DNA of 64,000 nt from Patescibacteria group bacterium. GTDB lineage: Bacteria > Patescibacteriota > Patescibacteriia > Buchananbacterales > UBA6539. The DNA lies in the NCBI GenBank assembly GCA_028688055.1, contig JAQTYZ010000002.1, forward strand, positions 68,256 to 132,255. The letters are read 5' to 3'. This document shows, one piece after another, positions 1 through 8,331 of this stretch; the first letter of the stretch is position 1; each line of letters begins with the position of its first letter. The notes under the pieces were generated by a model. It saw only the letters and a list, made by a program, of their open reading frames with translations. It searched no databases and was not told where the DNA came from. The position numbers and the translations under genes are program-made.

Positions 1-316
1 CGATGATGATACCAATAATACTGCCACGAATAATCGCCTTGGCCTTGGTAACTGACTCTTCGTTACCGCGTGCCATCATCCACAGGTAGCCAGCATAAAT
101 AATGTAAGCCATAAAAACCACACCCAGGATGGTGAGTAGACCTTTGATGACTTGGCCAATGGTGGTGGCTAAATTCGGGGTCGCGGTGTCATAAGATTGG
201 CCAGCAACATTGGTTAATTTACTGGTAATATCTAAGGCTAAAGCACTGTTCAGTGCTAAGCCTAGGACGCTGAGAACGATGGTGATAAAAATTAAAGTCT
301 TTAAAGTTTTGGTCAT
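1..316 (-). CDS. VirB2/TrbC-like pilin, 3' end outside the window
   Basis: Own translation from ATG at 316: MTKTLKTLIF...IIYAGYLWMMARGNEESVTKAKAIIRGSIIGIII; same motif as neighbours; absent from ORF track. Confidence 0.85.
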   Translation of the reverse strand, partial: MTKTLKTLIFITIVLSVLGLALNSALALDITSKLTNVAGQSYDTATPNLATTIGQVIKGLLTILGVVFMAYIIYAGYLWMMARGNEESVTKAKAIIRGSIIGIII

Positions 317-320
317 AAAA

Positions 321-734
321 TTATTTGGCGGTCGTGGCGCTTTGTAAGGCCTGAGCGACAAAGTAGCTAATGGCATAGGCCGACAAGACAATGATTAGAC
401 CGATGGTCGCCGCTCTCATCGTGTCTTTAGCCTTCTGAACTTCATCTTCTCTTCCTGAGGCCATCATCCATTTGTAGCCACCGTAAATGATTAAGACTAA
501 AAATAATATTCCAAAAACACTTAAGAAGGTATTAAGTACTTTACCAACAATAAGCTGCGACGCTGTCTCAACGTCCGTTCCGGCACTCGGTAAATCAATG
601 TCGGTAATACCTTGTTGCATTCGGTCGATAATGGTCTCCGCTAAAACTGTTGGGGCCTTAATTAAACCGATTGCTAGCAATAAGCCAGCCGTTGTCAGCC
701 CGGACGCGATTCTTTTTGATATTTTATTAGGCAT
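321..734 (-). CDS. VirB2/TrbC-like pilin
   Basis: Signal peptide plus two TM helices; IIYGGYKWMMASGREDEVQKAK motif. Confidence 0.85.
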   Translation of the reverse strand: MPNKISKRIASGLTTAGLLLAIGLIKAPTVLAETIIDRMQQGITDIDLPSAGTDVETASQLIVGKVLNTFLSVFGILFLVLIIYGGYKWMMASGREDEVQKAKDTMRAATIGLIIVLSAYAISYFVAQALQSATTAK

Positions 735-738
735 ATTT

Positions 739-1146
739 TTATTGTTTAATGGCGCCGCTAAATTGAGTTAAGACAAATTCGGTAATAATTCTGGCCATTA
801 GGATAATTATTAAGCCGATGACCACCTCGCGGGTCATTTTTTTAGCCTTTTCAATGTGTTCTTCGTTGCCGCGCGCCATCATCCAGGTGTAGCCGGCATA
901 AATCAGTAGGAGAAAAAAAATGACCCCTAGGAAAGTTAGGAGTGAGCCTAAAATTTTAAATAAGGAGCCGGTAAAGGCATTGGTGCCAACTGTAATATTA
1001 TTGCCGCCGCCGTAGGCTTCATTAATAGTTGTTTGTAAGCCCGATTTGGCTTTTTGTAAAATTGATGCTGAAGCGTTTGTCGCCGAGCCAATAAACATTA
1101 AGACTGCTCCAATGGTAATTTTTTTTGTTGTTAGTGATAATTTCAT
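739..1146 (-). CDS. VirB2/TrbC-like pilin
   Basis: YAGYTWMMARGNEEHIEKAK motif. Confidence 0.85.
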   Translation of the reverse strand: MKLSLTTKKITIGAVLMFIGSATNASASILQKAKSGLQTTINEAYGGGNNITVGTNAFTGSLFKILGSLLTFLGVIFFLLLIYAGYTWMMARGNEEHIEKAKKMTREVVIGLIIILMARIITEFVLTQFSGAIKQ

Positions 1147-1150
1147 AAAT

Positions 1151-1564
1151 TTATGGATTTCCCGGTAGCGTTTTACCTAGGTAATTCAAGACAAATTCTG
1201 TTATGATCCGACCGCTAATGACGATAGCTAAACCAATCAAGGAGTTAATTATCATTCGCTTGGCTTTTTCCACTTGTTCTTCTTTGCCTTGGGCGGTCAG
1301 CCAAAGCCAGCCAGCATAAATGATTAAAATCATAAAGTAAGCACCCATGATCGTTACCATCCCTGTAACATAGGCCGAGAAAGCGACGACGAATTCTTTT
1401 TTGGGAGCACCTTCCTGAGTAGTACTGTAACCGGCGGCATCACCGGTTTGTTTAAAGCCATTAATCACCTGACTTGAGGTGTCGGCCGAGCTTAAACCGG
1501 CCAGCCAAAAATTTATGATAATCAAGCTTAAGATTATGGCTGAACTTAATTTTTTATTTTTCAT
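1151..1564 (-). CDS. VirB2/TrbC-like pilin
   Basis: YAGWLWLTAQGKEEQVEKAK motif. Confidence 0.85.
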   Translation of the reverse strand: MKNKKLSSAIILSLIIINFWLAGLSSADTSSQVINGFKQTGDAAGYSTTQEGAPKKEFVVAFSAYVTGMVTIMGAYFMILIIYAGWLWLTAQGKEEQVEKAKRMIINSLIGLAIVISGRIITEFVLNYLGKTLPGNP

Positions 1565-1570
1565 AAATAT

Positions 1571-1984
1571 TTAGGCGCCGTTAGTTGAAAATTCTAAGGA
1601 GTTGAAAATAACAAAGACTAGGGCATAGGCAATAAAAATTACCATCAGCCCAAAAATACCGTTGAGGATAAAGGTTTTTGCTTTTTGAATTTGTTCTTCT
1701 TTACCGTTAGATTCCATCCAGAATACGCCGCCGATTAGAATAACAGTTAAAAATACGACCGCGACTGAGGCAAATAAGTAGTTAATAATACGCCCAATAA
1801 TGGTCGCTAAATTTTGGGTTGGTTTGTCGGCCGCTGGGCCTTTTGATACGCCGGCTTGTTGCGCGGTGTTATTGACCCCCTCAAGCACATCGGTGGCCGT
1901 GCTGGCCAAAATTACCGGCGCTAACATTAAATTGAAAACCACCGACGCTAAAATTAGTAGTAGATTTATTTTTGACATTTTCAT
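1571..1984 (-). CDS. VirB2/TrbC-like pilin
   Basis: GGVFWMESNGKEEQIQKAK motif; ATG at 1984 lies 1 nt after the upstream stop. Confidence 0.85.
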   Translation of the reverse strand: MKMSKINLLLILASVVFNLMLAPVILASTATDVLEGVNNTAQQAGVSKGPAADKPTQNLATIIGRIINYLFASVAVVFLTVILIGGVFWMESNGKEEQIQKAKTFILNGIFGLMVIFIAYALVFVIFNSLEFSTNGA

Positions 1985-1985
1985 A

Positions 1986-2390
1986 TTAACCGCTGGTTCC
2001 ATATTTTAAAGCTGCTAAGACGACATAGACCAGCGAATACGCCAGGAAGACCACAATTAGACCATTAATACCCTCGCCCACGAATTTTTTGGCTTTGCCA
2101 ACTTTTTCTTCATTACCGCCCGCGATCATCCATAAAAAACCGCCGGTGATGGTAAAGACCAGTGAAATAACTCCGATGATGCCGAAAAAATAGCTGACAA
2201 TTGATCCGATTTTAGCTGGCAGGTTTGATTCGATGTCAATGTGACCGGAATTAGCCGTGGTTTGCAGAGTGTTGTCCAGCGCTTTTAAGCCCGTTACCGT
2301 GGCTGCCATTACTGGTATTTGGAGGATAAAAAATATGGCCGTGATTGTCAGCAACAGCGCTAAGTAATTTTTTTTAAAATAAGTCGTCAT
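1986..2390 (-). CDS. VirB2/TrbC-like pilin
   Basis: GGFLWMIAGGNEEKVGKAK motif. Confidence 0.85.
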   Translation of the reverse strand: MTTYFKKNYLALLLTITAIFFILQIPVMAATVTGLKALDNTLQTTANSGHIDIESNLPAKIGSIVSYFFGIIGVISLVFTITGGFLWMIAGGNEEKVGKAKKFVGEGINGLIVVFLAYSLVYVVLAALKYGTSG

Positions 2391-2404
2391 TTGATTTTAC
2401 CAAT

Positions 2405-2441
2405 GGGGGAGACCCCCGTTTAAACGGCGAAGGTCTCCCCC
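2405..2441 (-). terminator. GC-rich hairpin after the putative major pilin (stabiliser or partial terminator)
   Basis: GGGGGAGACC...GGTCTCCCCC 10-bp inverted repeat with inner CCGTT/AACGG stem; no strong U-tract. Confidence 0.6.
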
Positions 2442-2472
2442 TGAAGGAATACTCCGAAATATAAGTGGTTTT

Positions 2473-2832
2473 TTAAGCTGCGCCGGTTGCTGTGATTAAC
2501 TGACTGATGACGAAGCTGGCGATGGCGAAGGAAACAAAGATAATTACCAAACCGATGATGCCGGCGGTAATAATCTTTTTAGCTTCACCAACTTTTTCTT
2601 CAGAACCACCAGAAGTCAACCATCGGAAACCTCCCCACAGAATAATAATGATGGCTAGGATACCCAAGAATCCGAGTAAAACGTTGACAACGTTCATAAT
2701 GCCTTCGCGCAAATCCTTTGTTCCTAGACCGGTGTAAGTTCCGTAGTTAATTCCAGTTTCTAAAGCCAACGCCGGCATAACTGTTAAGGCAAAGATGGTA
2801 ACTAAGGTTGATAAAACGATTAATTTTTTCAT
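2473..2832 (-). CDS. VirB2/TrbC-like pilin, probable major subunit
   Basis: WGGFRWLTSGGSEEKVGEAK motif; strong SD AAGGGGGTGA. Confidence 0.9.
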   Translation of the reverse strand: MKKLIVLSTLVTIFALTVMPALALETGINYGTYTGLGTKDLREGIMNVVNVLLGFLGILAIIIILWGGFRWLTSGGSEEKVGEAKKIITAGIIGLVIIFVSFAIASFVISQLITATGAA

Positions 2833-3004
2833 TTTCTCACCCCCTTTCGTTTTTAGCCGCTGACTATTTTTTTAATTTTGGCGGCCCTCATTTTTTAAAT
2901 GACTATCTATATTATACGAGAAAACGGTGAGTGATGTAAAGTGGAGAATTAATCAGTTGTTAATCTTAGAGTTGGTTGGCGACTGGGCTGTCGTCAGGCC
3001 CCCA

Positions 3005-3526
3005 TTAGGGGTTGCTCCCGGTGTTACTTGGGATTTGTCCAAATGGTGTACTACGGAATATGGTAGCTCGGGTGCCGATCGTTCCACCGGTTAAAGCTAA
3101 AATAATAAAGTTTACAACTAGCCAAGATGTTAAGACAATTGTTAACCCAATGGCCGCGGCGGTTATTGCGGCTTTGCCCTGCTGAATTTTTTCCTGACTG
3201 CCGGCTGAAATAATCCACAACACCCCGCCATAAAGAATCATTACCAGCGCCGCTGTTCCGGTCACCGCGACAATTAAGGTGGCAATGTTAATGATTACTT
3301 GCAGCAATTGATCAAGGCCGCAGTCGTTGACATCTTTTCCTTGCTCGCCAGTGCATTTGGTTGGGACAAGTTGTCCATCGGGGATTCCAATGCTAGTTAA
3401 AAAACTGGTCAGTCCGTCGGGCTTTGGTGGTGGTGGCGGCATTAAAGCCATCGCGGGTGCTGCTGTCATTAGCGCTGAAAAAAATATTGTTAAGGCCACC
3501 GTGGTGACGACAAAAATTTTTCTCAT
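3005..3526 (-). CDS. VirB2/TrbC-like pilin with Pro-rich/Cys-pair N-terminal extension
   Basis: YGGVLWIISAGSQEKIQQGK motif; PPPPP and a C..C pair. Confidence 0.8.
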   Translation of the reverse strand: MRKIFVVTTVALTIFFSALMTAAPAMALMPPPPPKPDGLTSFLTSIGIPDGQLVPTKCTGEQGKDVNDCGLDQLLQVIINIATLIVAVTGTAALVMILYGGVLWIISAGSQEKIQQGKAAITAAAIGLTIVLTSWLVVNFIILALTGGTIGTRATIFRSTPFGQIPSNTGSNP

Positions 3527-4902
3527 AAGGTTTGTTGAATTTTAAGACTTGCTAAATTAACGGCCTGTTGTACCTCAGTCCCGTCGTTAACACTTTTAAG
3601 CATATCTTTGAAGGCATTTTCCATGGCGTTAGCGTTATTGCCCTGATACCAGCTTTTGGCTGTTAGTAATTGGTCGGCAAAAACTTTTAGGTTATCATTA
3701 CTGCTTTGGTCAGCGACTAGCGTTCGCAAGGCGGTTGGCTTAGCGGTTTTAGCTAAATATTTTTTTGCTTCCTCAGGCTTTGACATAAATTGAATAAAAT
3801 CCCAGGCCTCATTAACGTGCTTACTTTTTTTGGACACACTTTGCACCCAGTAATTGGCGAAGTTCACCGGCGGTCGGCCATTGATTTGCGGCACGCTGGT
3901 TATGCCATAATTAAGTTTTCCCTGTCGTTTGCTTTCGAGGTAGGGGATATGATAATTGTAGCCAAACATCATGGCAACTTGACCGGCGGCGAAAGCGTCC
4001 ACGGAATTTGGAAAATCCTTGCTCCAGGTATAAACTTCTTTGGCGGAGTTGGCAAAATCAGTGTAAAATCTGACTGCTTCCGGACCCGGGACGTAATTTC
4101 GGTCGGTTACCCCTGAAGGGATTGAGCCAAACGTCACTTGTTTGCCTACTGACATCTGCGCTCCGTTTTGCATCATTAATAGTGAGACAATATCGCTGGC
4201 TCGGTCAACATTGTCAGCCGTTCCCATGGCGATGCCAGCCTGAACTAGTTTTCCACCTTTATCTTGGAAGGTTAATTTTTTAACATCAGCTTGCAGGGTG
4301 ACCCAATCATTGGGTGGTAGTGGGATGGCGGAATTATTAAGTAAATCGCGATTATAAAATAGAGCCAAGCTGTCGACACTTAATGGCAAGCCATAAATTT
4401 TGCCATCGCGCACCGCGTCATAATAAACGGCGTCGACATAAGCATTTTTTAGTTGAGCCGGGGTAATGCTGGTGGTATCTCTGACTTCGAAGATTGTTTC
4501 TTGTTTAATACCCAAACTCATTCTGGTCACCTGATAGGCCATGGTGGTTTTGGCTGGCAACGGTTCAATTTTACTTAAATATTTTGTCACCCAGTCGTTG
4601 TGAATTGAAAAAATATCAGGGCCTCGGTCCTCGGCTAACGAATTAAGCAATTGGGTTTCAAATTCTTCGGGACGAAGTTTTTTATAAGTGATGGTAACAT
4701 TTGGATGGACCGCTTTATAATCATTAATAATTTCTTGGAAACTATCCGGGTCGTCATAAACGCCCCACCAAGTTAGTTCAATCGGTTCTAATAATTGTTG
4801 TTGTTGTGGTGTGACAAATTTGCACTGAAAACCGCTGCTAGCTACAACAGCCGCCAATAAAACTAAGATCGGCAACTTGATAAATTTATTTTTATTTTTC
4901 AT
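3523..4902 (-). CDS. Extracellular sugar-binding protein (SBP family 1)
   Basis: GPDIF, YGLPLSVDSLALFYNRDLL, FAAGQVAM, AWDFIQF motifs. Confidence 0.9.
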   Translation of the reverse strand: MKNKNKFIKLPILVLLAAVVASSGFQCKFVTPQQQQLLEPIELTWWGVYDDPDSFQEIINDYKAVHPNVTITYKKLRPEEFETQLLNSLAEDRGPDIFSIHNDWVTKYLSKIEPLPAKTTMAYQVTRMSLGIKQETIFEVRDTTSITPAQLKNAYVDAVYYDAVRDGKIYGLPLSVDSLALFYNRDLLNNSAIPLPPNDWVTLQADVKKLTFQDKGGKLVQAGIAMGTADNVDRASDIVSLLMMQNGAQMSVGKQVTFGSIPSGVTDRNYVPGPEAVRFYTDFANSAKEVYTWSKDFPNSVDAFAAGQVAMMFGYNYHIPYLESKRQGKLNYGITSVPQINGRPPVNFANYWVQSVSKKSKHVNEAWDFIQFMSKPEEAKKYLAKTAKPTALRTLVADQSSNDNLKVFADQLLTAKSWYQGNNANAMENAFKDMLKSVNDGTEVQQAVNLASLKIQQTL

Positions 4903-5762
4903 AGTTTACCTTTTAAAAATTTTTTGAATTCCGTTGCAATTGTTTTATCTTTTAAACCGAATTCCACATTGGCCTTGAGCCAGCCAAGCTTGGATCCGGG
5001 GTCGTGCAGTTCGCCGTCAATCAACTTGGCATAAATTGGACGTTTTTTTAGCAACAGCGCAATGGCATCAACTAACCATAGCTCATTGTCGCGACCGATT
5101 TTCGTTTTTTCTAACGCCTCAAAGATATCCGGCGTAAAAATATAGCCGCCGAAACTGGCCACCCGGCTTTTAACTTTTGGTCCGGGCTTTTCCACGATTG
5201 AATTAACTTGGAAAACATCATTTTCAATTTTAATACCCTCAATGATCCCGTATTTTGAGGTTCCGGCCGTATCGGTCATTTTCGCCGTAATTACCGGATC
5301 GCCATATTTTTCGTAAACTTCAATCAACTGTCGAATGTGTGGTTTTCTAGGGCAAGTCCAAATGTCGTCGCCCCAAACAACAGCAAATGGCTCGTCGCCG
5401 ATAATTTGCTTGGCATTTAATACCGGCGTGCCATTGCCATAAGGGCCTTTTTGTCGGATATAAATAAAGTTTGCCATTTCGGCAACTTCTTTAACCTGCC
5501 TTTGGGCCTCTTTTTTCCCGGCCTTAAGCAGAAATTGTTCCAGGGTTTCGTTGCGATCAAAATGATCTTCAATTGCTCTTTTCGTTGAGCCGGTAACTAA
5601 GATAATGTCAGTAATTCCAGCTTTAACGGCGTCTTCGACAATGTACTGAATAATCGGTTTATCAACGATTGGCAACATTTCTTTTGGTTGGGCCTTGGTT
5701 GCCGGTAGCAATCTTGTGCCGAGACCGGCGACGGGGATAACAACTTTTCTAATTTTTTTCAT
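4899..5762 (-). CDS. galU: UTP-glucose-1-phosphate uridylyltransferase
   Basis: VIPVAGLGTRLLPATKAQPKEMLPIVDKP; VEKP. Confidence 0.93.
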   Translation of the reverse strand: MKKIRKVVIPVAGLGTRLLPATKAQPKEMLPIVDKPIIQYIVEDAVKAGITDIILVTGSTKRAIEDHFDRNETLEQFLLKAGKKEAQRQVKEVAEMANFIYIRQKGPYGNGTPVLNAKQIIGDEPFAVVWGDDIWTCPRKPHIRQLIEVYEKYGDPVITAKMTDTAGTSKYGIIEGIKIENDVFQVNSIVEKPGPKVKSRVASFGGYIFTPDIFEALEKTKIGRDNELWLVDAIALLLKKRPIYAKLIDGELHDPGSKLGWLKANVEFGLKDKTIATEFKKFLKGKL

Positions 5763-5856
5763 AGCGATTTGATTGATTATTGATAAAATTATAACAGAAA
5801 AGCGTTGAATTGTAAAAAATAAAATAATGTGTTAATTTTATAGCTGTTTAAAACGC

Positions 5857-5946
5857 GGAGAGGTGGCCGAGTGGTTTAAGGCGACGGTCTCGAACACCGT
5901 TTGGGTTTAACCGCCCTCGCAGGTTCAAATCCTGTCCTCTCCGCCA
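5857..5946 (+). tRNA. tRNA-Ser(CGA)
   Basis: GGAGAGG/CCTCTCC acceptor, ACGGT-CT-CGA-AC-ACCGT anticodon arm, long variable arm, GTTCAAATC, CCA. Confidence 0.96.
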
Positions 5947-5951
5947 TTGTT

Positions 5952-6455
5952 ATGTCTGTTACTAAAAGAAAACTTATTGTTTTTATCGGTAAGCCTGGGG
6001 TGGGTAAGACTACCCTCATTAAGGCTGTTTTTCCTGATCAGATTTTTATTGATGTTTTGCCGTTTATTGAAAAGTTTCGTTTGCCTGACGCAAGTATTCC
6101 GGAAGAAAAGACCATTATCGCGTATGAAAATATGTATCGCTATCTTGAGAGAGTTGATAGCGATTTTGTCGTTTTAGAGTTGGGTACTAACCACCCCGAA
6201 TTTAATATTAACCAACTAAAAAAATTGCAGACGCTTTATGATCTTAAAATTTTTTTATGCCTAGCCTCAGTCTTGACCTGTTGGGAGCGCGCTCGTGCCA
6301 GGGGTATGCGACATACGACCGAAGCGTTTCAAGCCAGAATGGCACGTGATTTTCCGGCCAGCCACGAAAAATTATTACATGCCGCCGGTTTGAATTATCA
6401 ATTAGTTGATATGGAACAGCCGCTGGCAGTGACCGCGGCTGTTGTTTTGAGTTAA
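5952..6455 (+). CDS. P-loop nucleotide kinase-like protein
   Basis: Walker A GKPGVGKT; ATG at 5952 directly after the tRNA. Confidence 0.8.
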   Translation: MSVTKRKLIVFIGKPGVGKTTLIKAVFPDQIFIDVLPFIEKFRLPDASIPEEKTIIAYENMYRYLERVDSDFVVLELGTNHPEFNINQLKKLQTLYDLKIFLCLASVLTCWERARARGMRHTTEAFQARMARDFPASHEKLLHAAGLNYQLVDMEQPLAVTAAVVLS

Positions 6456-6480
6456 GTTTGTTTTATTCTCTGAGCGAGTT

Positions 6481-7002
6481 CTAGATTTCGGATAATGATG
6501 CTGACTGGGTATTATTTTCGGCCGCTGACAATGCCGCCAGCTCTTCGTCAAGCTTTTGAGCCAAGAACGGTGATAGCTGTTCTCTTAATTCTAATTTTTC
6601 CGATAACCTTAGGCTTTTGAAACCGGCAATATATTTTTTGCACTTGGCCGACTGACAATGACACTCAAAAATATCCTCCTCATCGTAATCGCTGGTACAA
6701 TAGTTGTAAGTTATTTCTTCGCCACTTGTTATCGGCCGTCGTGCCACTAGCGATAATGATTTAAAATCAATATAAGCGTTGGCATCGCAGGAGTGATTGA
6801 TAAAATTTTCCGGACTATTCGGATCGGCGCTGATTTGATGGGTGTTTTCATCAATGCGTAAGGTTTTGTTGGTTGAGTATGAAACAAATTTTTTTTCAAA
6901 AGCTAGAATTGTTTCACCAGCAGCAATTTTTTTTATCGTAACCAGTCTTTTCCCAGTGGCCGTTTGAGCCACTACGAACAACGGGGAGCTTGCTCTGTCC
7001 AT
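6481..7002 (-). CDS. SET-domain protein-lysine methyltransferase with post-SET motif
   Basis: FINHSCDAN, GEEITYNY, CHCQSAKC. Confidence 0.92.
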   Translation of the reverse strand: MDRASSPLFVVAQTATGKRLVTIKKIAAGETILAFEKKFVSYSTNKTLRIDENTHQISADPNSPENFINHSCDANAYIDFKSLSLVARRPITSGEEITYNYCTSDYDEEDIFECHCQSAKCKKYIAGFKSLRLSEKLELREQLSPFLAQKLDEELAALSAAENNTQSASLSEI

Positions 7003-7042
7003 TAGCGCGCAATAAAGTTAATTAATTTGGTAATCATTTTAA

Positions 7043-7234
7043 TAAAAAAATATAACCACCTTTGAGGTAGTGGTTTTAAGGCTAACTAGGCAATCTTTTT
7101 GGCAAAGCCGCCAGGGTGCTATAAGTAACGTGCGTCTCATCGTTTGACTCGGCTTAGGCTGGCGCCCAGGGTTTTGGTAAATCAGATGAGGTTTTTATAT
7201 CTAAAGTTTAACCCCATTTAAAATAAAAAATCAA
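7043..7234 (-). promoter_or_regulatory. Promoter (TTGATT-17-TAAACT) and ~200-nt structured leader with terminator-like hairpin upstream of the SET gene
   Basis: CTCATC/GATGAG and TGATT/AGTCA stems; AACCAC...GTGGTT hairpin followed by a U-tract on the minus strand. Confidence 0.5.
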
Positions 7235-7407
7235 CACCCTTTAGCTTAGTCAGGAAAAACAAACCACCAACAATGATTTTTTAGCTTAATTAAGATAAAT
7301 CAAGGTGCTCCAGCGTTAGGTCGGCGAGTTCCATCGTTTTTTGTTATAATGTTTTTAGGTATAAATTATTAAATTAAGGCAAGTGATCAACTGAAGTCAG
7401 CCCAATT

Positions 7408-8025
7408 ATGTTAAAAATATATTTAACCCGACACGGACAGGATCAAGACAACGCCAGCGGTTTATTAAATGGCCACCGCGATACGCCCTTGACCGCCAGG
7501 GGCGTTGAACAGGCTAATGAGTTAGCGGACAAAATTTTTGCCGCGGGTTTCGTCTTTGACAATATTTATTCGTCACCGCTCCAGCGCGCTAAAACAACGG
7601 CGGAAATTATCGCTCAAAAATTAAATTTTAAGCCGGTGGAAATTTTGCCGGACTTAATCGAGCGGGATTTTGGCATTTTAGCCGGTAAGCCGATTAAGGA
7701 TATTGAGGTTTTATGCTATCCTGAAATTATTAAGTCTGGGCCCGTTGCTTATTTTTTGTCGGCCCAAGGGGCTGATACTTTTCCGGCCTTGATGCTACGC
7801 GCTAAAAAAGTATTAGACGCGCTGACTCAAAAATATCAGCACGGCAATATTTTGTTGGTCAGCCACGGTGATTTTGGCAAAATGTTATACGCGGCGTTTT
7901 ATCAGCTGGACTGGCAACGGGTTTTAGCAATGTTTCACTTTGGTAACTCCGAATTAATTTTATTATCACCAGACTCCGATCCTGAAGACGTCTATATTTT
8001 TAGGACTAAACAATTTAACCCATGA
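7408..8025 (+). CDS. Histidine phosphatase (PGM family)
   Basis: LTRHGQ, SSPLQRA, ERDFG, VSHG. Confidence 0.92.
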   Translation: MLKIYLTRHGQDQDNASGLLNGHRDTPLTARGVEQANELADKIFAAGFVFDNIYSSPLQRAKTTAEIIAQKLNFKPVEILPDLIERDFGILAGKPIKDIEVLCYPEIIKSGPVAYFLSAQGADTFPALMLRAKKVLDALTQKYQHGNILLVSHGDFGKMLYAAFYQLDWQRVLAMFHFGNSELILLSPDSDPEDVYIFRTKQFNP

Positions 8026-8255
8026 TCACCGCTAGTCAAAATTTTAAACTCGGGCGTTACCGTCATTATAAGGGTAAGGATTATCAGGTGGTTGGCATCG
8101 CTAAGCAGAGCGAGACGCTCGAAGATTTGGTAATTTATGAGGCTTTATATAATAACGAGACCAGCAAGCTCTGGGCGCGACCATTGAAGATGTTTACTTC
8201 GGAAGTTATTTTTGAAGGCAAAAAAGTTCCGCGGTTTGAATACTTGGGTGATTAG
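8022..8255 (+). CDS. DUF1653-like protein
   Basis: GRYRHYKGKDY...LWARPLKMF...PRF. Confidence 0.85.
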   Translation: MITASQNFKLGRYRHYKGKDYQVVGIAKQSETLEDLVIYEALYNNETSKLWARPLKMFTSEVIFEGKKVPRFEYLGD

Positions 8256-8271
8256 ATTAAAATTTAAAATT

Positions 8272-8328
8272 AAAAAAAGTTGAGTTTTTGTCATCCCGAG
8301 CTTGTCGAGGGATCGCTCAACTTTTTTT
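8272..8328. terminator. Bidirectional terminator with a GTCAT-type REP in its loop
   Basis: AAAAAAAGTTGAG...CTCAACTTTTTTT enclosing TGTCATCCCGAGCTTGTCGAGGGAT. Confidence 0.7.
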
Positions 8329-8331
8329 AAT

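Noticed and set aside
5901-5951. Upstream TTG start for the P-loop kinase
   Set aside because: Lies inside tRNA-Ser
7300-7340. Fluoride-riboswitch-like CGATGGAACTCGCC on the minus strand
   Set aside because: P1 cannot form fully (AACGA vs TCGCC), the pseudoknot partner is absent, and it lies upstream of the predicted promoter
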